From positions 1 to 48,405 of the IMG/VR virus record IMGVR_UViG_2932088517_000001: DNA of 48,405 nt. The stretch is one strand, 5' to 3'. This document shows, piece by piece, positions 42,813 through 48,405 of this stretch. This stretch comes from a virus. Made by a program: the position numbers and the translations under genes. The notes below the pieces were generated by a model, which had not been told where the DNA came from, did not search any database, and worked only from the letters and a program-made list of their open reading frames with translations. How positions within the stretch are numbered: position 1 is the stretch's first letter; each line of letters starts with the position of its first letter.

Positions 42813-43688
42813 ATGGCAGATGTTAAATGGATAAAACTCTCTACTAGCATGTTTGAAGATGAAAAGATTCGATTGATTGAAAGTTTACCAGATGCAGACA
42901 CACTACTAATCATTTGGATTAAATTGTTGTCTCAAGCGGGCAGGACAAATGCTAATGGTTACATTTTCTTGAGTGAAAACATTCCTTTCACAGAAGAAAT
43001 GCTCTCAACACTTTTTAATAGACCGATAGCAACTGTGAGACTTGCATTACAAACGTTCAAACAGTTCGGAATGATAGACATCACTGATGATCAGTACATT
43101 TGTATCTCGAATTGGGAGAAACACCAGAACATCGATGGGTTAGAACGTGTAAAACAATTGAATGCAGAACGAAACAAAAAGTACCGTGAACGTAAGAAAC
43201 AACAGCAATTAGCACTAGAAAACAAGGGTGGAGAAAATGACGTTTGCGTGACGTCACGTGACGATACAGATATAGAAGAAGATAAAGAATTAGATATAGA
43301 TAAAGAGAAAGATAAAAAGAAGAAAGAAAAACCTTCTCGTCACAAGTTTGAAACTTGCGACATCAACGGGGCTAAGTATTTGTTTGAAAAAATTAAGGGT
43401 AACAATCCTAAACAAAAAGAGCCTAACTTCGATAATTGGGCAAATGAATTTAGATTAATGCGAGAACGTGATAATAGAGAACCACAAGAGATTAAAGATG
43501 TTATTGATTGGTGCCAAGCAGATCCATTTTGGCAAGGGAATATCTTATCTCCTAAAAAGCTACGTGAGAAGTTTGATCAACTTACTATTCAGATGAAATC
43601 TAAAAAGGGAGCGAAGAACAATGCAGAGAGCGATAGCAGCAGTACCAGACACTATAGCCAAAAGGGTCAATATGACTATGGTTTCTGA
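42813..43688 (+). CDS. phage replisome organiser (DnaD-like)
   Basis: N-terminal WIKLSTSMFEDEKIRLIESLPDADTLLIIWIKLLSQAG typical of the phage_rep_org_N domain; DnaD-like C-terminus. Confidence 0.75.
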   Translation: MADVKWIKLSTSMFEDEKIRLIESLPDADTLLIIWIKLLSQAGRTNANGYIFLSENIPFTEEMLSTLFNRPIATVRLALQTFKQFGMIDITDDQYICISNWEKHQNIDGLERVKQLNAERNKKYRERKKQQQLALENKGGENDVCVTSRDDTDIEEDKELDIDKEKDKKKKEKPSRHKFETCDINGAKYLFEKIKGNNPKQKEPNFDNWANEFRLMRERDNREPQEIKDVIDWCQADPFWQGNILSPKKLREKFDQLTIQMKSKKGAKNNAESDSSSTRHYSQKGQYDYGF

Positions 43689-44430
43689 TATTTGTGAAAC
43701 TCATAAAATGACAATGATGAATTTCAAGGGTCAAGTTGTATGTCCTAGATGCGTTCTTGAAAGTGAAAGTAAGAAACTTCAGGAACACGAACAAGCGAAA
43801 TGGGAAGCTGATCAGGCGAATGAACAGAAAATTTTGTTCCACCAACAGAGTATGATTGCTGATAGCAATATTAAGAAAGCTAATTTTGATAACTACCAAC
43901 CTACTAGCGATGAAGGAGCGAAGAACTTGGAACTCGCAAAGGTCATCGCAACAGATTACCTAAACGGAAAGATTTTTAACACGATTATGGCCGGGAATTG
44001 CGGAGCAGGGAAAACGCATCTTGCTTATGCTATCGCAGATCAACTTGCAGGAGCAGGTAAGTCAGTTGTCTTCGTTACAGTAGGCGAATTGCTACGGAAA
44101 ATCAAAAGTACTTTTAGTAAAGAATCTACATTAACTGAAGATGCAATTATAAGAGGCTTAGTAAGAGCGGAAGTATTAATAGTCGATGATTTAGGAGCTG
44201 AGTTAGGTGCGTTAGATGCGAATACAAAAGCGACAAACTTCATTAATAGGGTGTTATTCGATGTTTTCGATGGTAGGCAAGGTAAATCTACTATCTTCAC
44301 AACAAACCTCACAGGGAAGCGTTTAGACGAGGCATATGATGAGCGGATTGTATCGCGTATTCTAAACAATTTCAGAACGATTACTTTTAAGGATACAAAG
44401 GATTATAGAAGAAAGGCACTACCATTCTAA
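43621..44430 (+). CDS. DnaC/IstB-like AAA+ helicase loader
   Basis: Walker A GNCGAGKTHLAYAI, Walker B LIVDDLG; N-terminal Cys4; the start may be ATG 43672. Confidence 0.8.
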   Translation: MQRAIAAVPDTIAKRVNMTMVSDICETHKMTMMNFKGQVVCPRCVLESESKKLQEHEQAKWEADQANEQKILFHQQSMIADSNIKKANFDNYQPTSDEGAKNLELAKVIATDYLNGKIFNTIMAGNCGAGKTHLAYAIADQLAGAGKSVVFVTVGELLRKIKSTFSKESTLTEDAIIRGLVRAEVLIVDDLGAELGALDANTKATNFINRVLFDVFDGRQGKSTIFTTNLTGKRLDEAYDERIVSRILNNFRTITFKDTKDYRRKALPF

Positions 44431-44443
44431 GGGGGAAATGAAA

Positions 44444-44620
44444 ATGGAAAATAAGAAAGTTAGATTTTTCGTAAGAACAAATGTAGTAGGTAGCAAAGTT
44501 GAAGATACGATCGAATTACCTGCAGAAGATTGCGATGAAAAATCTTTAGCGGAATTAGGTAGAGACTGGGTTCATGAGAACATTGATTTCGGATGGGAAG
44601 TAATTGAAGAAGATAACTAA
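44444..44620 (+). CDS. hypothetical protein (58 aa)
   Basis: AAGGGGGA RBS. Confidence 0.5.
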   Translation: MENKKVRFFVRTNVVGSKVEDTIELPAEDCDEKSLAELGRDWVHENIDFGWEVIEEDN

Positions 44621-44639
44621 ATAAAAGGGGGAAATTGAA

Positions 44640-44849
44640 ATGTGTGCATGTAACGGAACGGGAGTAATTCAGAACGACATTGGAACGGGTATGTATCAGT
44701 TTGGACCATGCATTTGTGAAGTGGCGAATCAAACGCCTGAGGAAGTGGATAGAAAGCGTCATACCGTTATAGCGAGATTAAAAGCGATTCATCAATTGCA
44801 ACTGGAGGGTAAATGGAATGGGGAAGTTCGAAACAGCAGAACAGCTTGA
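44640..44849 (+). CDS. hypothetical Cys-rich protein
   Basis: AAGGGGGA RBS; CACNGTG...CIC. Confidence 0.55.
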   Translation: MCACNGTGVIQNDIGTGMYQFGPCICEVANQTPEEVDRKRHTVIARLKAIHQLQLEGKWNGEVRNSRTA

Positions 44850-45105
44850 AAATTACACGATGGCACAACAAACGAAAAAATATATGACAAAGAAACGGCG
44901 TAACTTGTATATCCCGCTCGAAAAGTATGATCTTGTATTCGATGAAAGTGAAGTAACTTGCATGAAGAAATTGTGGAAAGAGAATAAAACGTTAGCGGAA
45001 ATAGCTGAAGAAATGGGACGTCATGAAATGGAAATAGCGATTCTTATTATGGATCAAGGTGATAAGAAAAGAATCAATAAACGTTCAATGGGGTTAGGGG
45101 CATGA
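44818..45105 (+). CDS. hypothetical protein (95 aa)
   Basis: GGAGGG RBS. Confidence 0.55.
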   Translation: MGKFETAEQLENYTMAQQTKKYMTKKRRNLYIPLEKYDLVFDESEVTCMKKLWKENKTLAEIAEEMGRHEMEIAILIMDQGDKKRINKRSMGLGA

Positions 45106-45371
45106 AACAACTAACACTTGAGGATGTAGTAGGGAGTTTCGATTACAAAGCAAAGAGCACGGCAGAGCAATTCTTAGCCAAGTCTAGCGTCATAACGTCA
45201 TACGAGGTTCATTTCTATGATAAAGAAGAAAGGCAGAAGTTAGATTGCTTTGATGCTGATACCGAAAGCGAAGCTTGGAATGAGGCAATAGAAGAGCATG
45301 GTAAGGGTATTCAGAAGATTGAGATAAAACATTCAAATCGTACAAGGGCTGAATTTTTAGCGCTAGATTAG
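45102..45371 (+). CDS. hypothetical protein (89 aa)
   Basis: ATGA coupling. Confidence 0.55.
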   Translation: MKQLTLEDVVGSFDYKAKSTAEQFLAKSSVITSYEVHFYDKEERQKLDCFDADTESEAWNEAIEEHGKGIQKIEIKHSNRTRAEFLALD

Positions 45372-45381
45372 GAGGGAGAAA

Positions 45382-45837
45382 ATGGCTTTAAATCGATGGT
45401 TGACTGATGAGGAACGGGCAAGAGCAGCGGCTAACGGAATAAACACAAGAGCGCTATACTATCGTCTCTATAGATCGGATAAATGGGAATTAGAAGAAGC
45501 GTTAACCGCTCCGCCTGGAACAGTTAGACATAACTATGAGGGTAAATATGAGAAGTGGATTAAAAGAGCTAAAAAAAATGGAATAAATGCTAGTACTTTT
45601 TACAGCAGAATAAGAATTCTTGGTTGGGGTTATGAAGAATCAGCAACAAAGCCAATCAACGAAGCCAAAGCTGAGAAAAGGCGTTGGATAGATATCGCAA
45701 AACAGAACGGTATTGGTTACTCAACTTTTATGTCGAGAGTGAATATTCATGGTTGGGATATAGAAAAGGCAGCAACAACCCAACCAATTAATAGAGGGAA
45801 ACGTTGCTCAATGAAAGATAAGGAGGGAGTGATATGA
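45382..45837 (+). CDS. DNA-binding-like protein built from three repeats of an NGI...Y.R...GW..E.A.T.P module
   Basis: NGINTRALYYRLYRSDKWELEEALTAP / NGINASTFYSRIRILGWGYEESATKP / NGIGYSTFMSRVNIHGWDIEKAATTQP. Confidence 0.6.
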   Translation: MALNRWLTDEERARAAANGINTRALYYRLYRSDKWELEEALTAPPGTVRHNYEGKYEKWIKRAKKNGINASTFYSRIRILGWGYEESATKPINEAKAEKRRWIDIAKQNGIGYSTFMSRVNIHGWDIEKAATTQPINRGKRCSMKDKEGVI

Positions 45838-46253
45838 AGTATTACGGTCCTGTTATTACTGATGAGGATTACGATAAGGCTGCAAAGAATGGTATTAGCA
45901 AAATGAATGTGTATCTACGAGTAAATGAGAGTGGGTGGGAGATAGAACGCGCTATAACGGTACCGGTTAGAAAGAAAAAAGGTGGAATGGGAATTAGCGC
46001 TGGAATGAAAACACTTGCGGAGCGGAATGGAATTAGTCATACAACTTTATACAAAAGAATTAAAGACGGTATGAACCCTTACGAAGCAGTAACGATACCA
46101 AAGAAACATAATAAATGGGAATCGTTAATAAAAAAAGCACAAGAAAACGGAATAAGCACATCTTCATTTTACGCAAGGATTAGTAGAGGTGTGGATCCTT
46201 ACGAAGCGGCAACAAAACCACCACGTAAATATAAGAAGAAGCAAATCAGCTAG
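45834..46253 (+). CDS. paralogue of 45382-45837 with three copies of the same module
   Basis: NGISKMNVYLRVNESGWEIERAITVP / NGISHTTLYKRIKDGMNPYEAVTIP / NGISTSSFYARISRGVDPYEAATKP. Confidence 0.6.
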   Translation: MKYYGPVITDEDYDKAAKNGISKMNVYLRVNESGWEIERAITVPVRKKKGGMGISAGMKTLAERNGISHTTLYKRIKDGMNPYEAVTIPKKHNKWESLIKKAQENGISTSSFYARISRGVDPYEAATKPPRKYKKKQIS

Positions 46254-46264
46254 GAGGACAAGAT

Positions 46265-46462
46265 ATGACGACAAAGGAACGGGCACAATTAAGAGGTTTC
46301 TGGACACATAAACAGACAGGTGAGTATATCGCCGTAACACGTGTGACGATAACTGGTGAGGTGTATTTTTACAAAACGAATTATACAGGTCATAAGGCGG
46401 GACTGCAGGAAATCATGTTGATTCGAGATTTAAAGGAAGAATATGTGAAGGGCATGAGATAA
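46265..46462 (+). CDS. hypothetical protein (65 aa)
   Basis: AGGAGG RBS. Confidence 0.6.
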   Translation: MTTKERAQLRGFWTHKQTGEYIAVTRVTITGEVYFYKTNYTGHKAGLQEIMLIRDLKEEYVKGMR

Positions 46463-46466
46463 GTAA

Positions 46467-46616
46467 ATGGACAGGAAACAAATCTACATCGACGTGTTAC
46501 TACATAAAGGGATCTACAAGGAAGAAGATACAGGACGTCAGCTTTGGGAAATGGATGAAAAAGAATTGTTCGAGTTGATAAAAGGAGATGGGGAGAATGA
46601 GACACACAAGGAATAG
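46467..46616 (+). CDS. hypothetical protein (49 aa)
   Basis: Fills the gap; weak RBS. Confidence 0.3.
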   Translation: MDRKQIYIDVLLHKGIYKEEDTGRQLWEMDEKELFELIKGDGENETHKE

Positions 46617-46839
46617 ACAACTAGCCAAACAGCATAACGAACCTATGTGGTTTTGGAATAAAGAAGGTACTGATGATATTCGTTTGCAAAGACATTGGAT
46701 GAAGTTGGGGTTAAAACCTACACTAGACCCTACATTCGAATGGGAAAGAAAAAGGGGAAGAATTAATTTCAAACCAAAAGAAGAACAAACGCATCACATG
46801 ACCGTAACTATTTTTAGACAAGTAAAAACTTATAAATAA
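46597..46839 (+). CDS. hypothetical basic protein
   Basis: AAGGAG 9 nt upstream of ATG 46597. Confidence 0.5.
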   Translation: MRHTRNRQLAKQHNEPMWFWNKEGTDDIRLQRHWMKLGLKPTLDPTFEWERKRGRINFKPKEEQTHHMTVTIFRQVKTYK

Positions 46840-46852
46840 GGAGATGGGGAGA

Positions 46853-47125
46853 ATGAGTAGACATTATAGATTAATAGGTTTAACAAAGTTAACGAAACAC
46901 AGAAAAAATCTTAAGGAAAGAATTAGACTTTCAAAAGAAATTTATCTAAGTGAAAATACGGAAATCGTTAGTATCAGGAAAGAATTTGAGGAATGCGAGA
47001 TATTGGATCTTACATTTAAATGGCACCGTAACTATGAAGGTTTTGGAAACTTTGTAGAATTCTCTAAACCGATTTACAGAGGTAACGAGAGACTTTATGA
47101 AACTACTTTATTGGAGGGGAAGTAA
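46853..47125 (+). CDS. hypothetical protein
   Basis: Same 20-nt initiation region as the previous gene. Confidence 0.5.
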   Translation: MSRHYRLIGLTKLTKHRKNLKERIRLSKEIYLSENTEIVSIRKEFEECEILDLTFKWHRNYEGFGNFVEFSKPIYRGNERLYETTLLEGK

Positions 47126-47319
47126 TGAGGGAAGCAATCAATGATTTTATAAAAGGATTACACGAATCGGCAGTAGAGAGCAGGAAAGATGCTGATAAAG
47201 CTTTTGATAGCGGAGATTTAGGGTTATCGGGATTCCATAAAGGGCAGTGGAGCACATTTGAAGGTACGGCAATCGCATTAGAAGAACTCTTATCTGATTA
47301 TGAGGAGGAAGAACAATGA
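47125..47319 (+). CDS. hypothetical protein (64 aa)
   Basis: GGAGGGGA RBS. Confidence 0.6.
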   Translation: MREAINDFIKGLHESAVESRKDADKAFDSGDLGLSGFHKGQWSTFEGTAIALEELLSDYEEEEQ

Positions 47320-47387
47320 AATATACAGAGCATGGAACTTATGAAGTAACTCAATTATTAGCAGAAGCAAAGGGAGAAAAGAAGTAA
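47316..47387 (+). CDS. 23-aa ORF, translationally coupled on both sides
   Basis: GAGGAGG 7 nt upstream; ATGA and TAATG overlaps. Confidence 0.35.
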   Translation: MKYTEHGTYEVTQLLAEAKGEKK

Positions 47388-47620
47388 TGGATTTACTACT
47401 ATTCCGTTTAGGCGATGATCATGGTTTATGGATGGCGTTTAGAAAAGACCAAGGCGAGCAAAATACACATTACTTCAATGGTCCACCTTCATCAATTAGT
47501 CATGTTGATAAGGAATATTTAGAACAAAAATTAAAGATGTGGTTAACAGAGGAAGAATCCCAATTTATTAAAAACGAGTACAAACAGCAAATAAAACAAT
47601 TCAAAGGAGAGAAACAATGA
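47387..47620 (+). CDS. hypothetical protein (77 aa)
   Basis: ORF in the coupled array. Confidence 0.55.
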   Translation: MDLLLFRLGDDHGLWMAFRKDQGEQNTHYFNGPPSSISHVDKEYLEQKLKMWLTEEESQFIKNEYKQQIKQFKGEKQ

Positions 47621-47715
47621 AAGTAACAAGTTGCAACTACACGTATTGGGAACAAGCGATTAAAGAGTTTTATAGAAAACAAGAAGCGGAAAGAGGTAAT
47701 AAGAATGGCAACTAA
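47617..47715 (+). CDS. 32-aa ORF, ATGA-coupled
   Basis: MKVTSCNYTYWEQAIKEFYRKQEAERGNKNGN*. Confidence 0.3.
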   Translation: MKVTSCNYTYWEQAIKEFYRKQEAERGNKNGN

Positions 47716-47941
47716 GATCATTGTTTATACGAAAAATTCATGTCCGAATTGCAATCAAGTTAAATGGGCCCTAAATGCTGCAGGAGTAGCATTTGAAACT
47801 CGAAACATAGAAGAAAAAGCAGAGTATAAGAAGGAATTTGATAAGTACGGATATAGTGCAGCACCAGTAACGGTATTCCCGAATGGTAAGGCGCTTGTGG
47901 GATTCGAGTTTGGAGAATTCGCAACAGAATTAGGACTATAA
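47705..47941 (+). CDS. nrdH: NrdH/glutaredoxin-like redoxin
   Basis: IIVYTKNSCPNCNQVK (CxxC) ... APVTVFPNG. Confidence 0.75.
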   Translation: MATKIIVYTKNSCPNCNQVKWALNAAGVAFETRNIEEKAEYKKEFDKYGYSAAPVTVFPNGKALVGFEFGEFATELGL

Positions 47942-47953
47942 AGGGGTGTTTGG

Positions 47954-48145
47954 ATGAAGGCTGAACATATCGAACTTTATGAACAAGCGCTGAATCACGA
48001 ACAAGGACAAGCTAGTAAATGGTTTTGCGAGGTTAATAATTTAGAAGCGCAATTACAAATAGCAAAGTCACATTATAAGCATCACACGGAAGAAAGAGAT
48101 AGACTACAAACTTTAGTTGTGAGATGGAAGGGGCAGAAACAATGA
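47954..48145 (+). CDS. hypothetical protein (63 aa)
   Basis: AAGGGG RBS. Confidence 0.55.
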   Translation: MKAEHIELYEQALNHEQGQASKWFCEVNNLEAQLQIAKSHYKHHTEERDRLQTLVVRWKGQKQ

Positions 48146-48405
48146 ACTTTAAAGAATATCAAACAGCAGTTACAAGAACATTTGCAGTAGGAAGAACATA
48201 CGAGCAGGACGCTACAAACTACGCTATGGGATTATGTGGGGAAGCAGGAGAAGTTACGGACCATATCAAGAAGGCGGTATATCATGGCCATAATTTAAAT
48301 GAAGACGAAGTAGAAAAGGAATTAGGCGATGTGCTTTGGTAGCTGGCGGCGTTAGCAGAAACACACCATCTTGATTTAAATGAGATCGCGGAGAAGAACA
48401 TTTAT
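48142..48405 (+). pseudogene. mazG: MazG-like NTP pyrophosphohydrolase, 5' part, with an in-frame TAG at 48340-48342
   Basis: MNFKEYQTAV...GLCGEAGEVTDHIKK...EKELGDVLW*LAALAE; the frame continues into bases 33-164 of the window. Confidence 0.7.

Noticed and set aside
1-48405. CRISPR arrays, tRNA/rRNA genes, integrase/excisionase, reverse transcriptase (retron/DGR), transposase
   Set aside because: I found none by eye or in the six-frame track. There are no regularly spaced repeats, no cloverleaf-like T-arm motifs and no ORFs with recombinase or RT motifs. tRNA absence should be confirmed with tRNAscan-SE.

Overview
The window is one complete, circularly closed phage genome. Bases 1-95 are repeated exactly at 48311-48405, so the unit length is 48,310 bp. 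It is a temperate siphovirus-type phage that looks Bacillus cereus-group by gene content: a PlyG-like amidase endolysin, XhlA plus holin, an ArpU late regulator, and an SPP1/A118-like head and tail module. Almost everything is on the + strand: early/replication genes (37.4-48.4 kb, wrapping to about 3.7 kb), the packaging-head-tail-lysis block (6.8-27.1 kb), and an accessory/lysogeny island (27.1-37.3 kb) that is mostly on the - strand. I saw no integrase or recombinase ORF. The island instead carries a ParM/ParR-type partition pair, a plasmid-type Rep gene followed by iteron-like repeats, and candidate copy-control RNA structures, so the prophage is probably kept as a plasmid. The most interesting locus is a peptide-communication cassette at 35215-36857. 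It has a 394-aa HTH+TPR receptor (AimR-like), a 46-aa secreted pro-peptide (AimP-like, C-terminus ...YMDPNPGGG), a perfect 14-bp inverted repeat, and a 41-aa ORF in the aimX position. This cassette sits between two different XRE repressors, each with its own operator family. Other points of note:
- a MazG-like gene interrupted by an in-frame TAG
- an 0.83-kb ORF-free structured region after arpU
- a 200-bp block of five hairpins ahead of the recombination/replication genes
- a candidate small RNA next to a duplicated terminator module
- a free-standing HNH endonuclease between terL and portal
- a tail fibre with triplicated binding-like domains and a C-terminal SGNH esterase
- a possible cyclic-nucleotide-sponge-like (Acb2-like) small protein
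All family assignments come from reading motifs by eye and from recollection. No database search was run.
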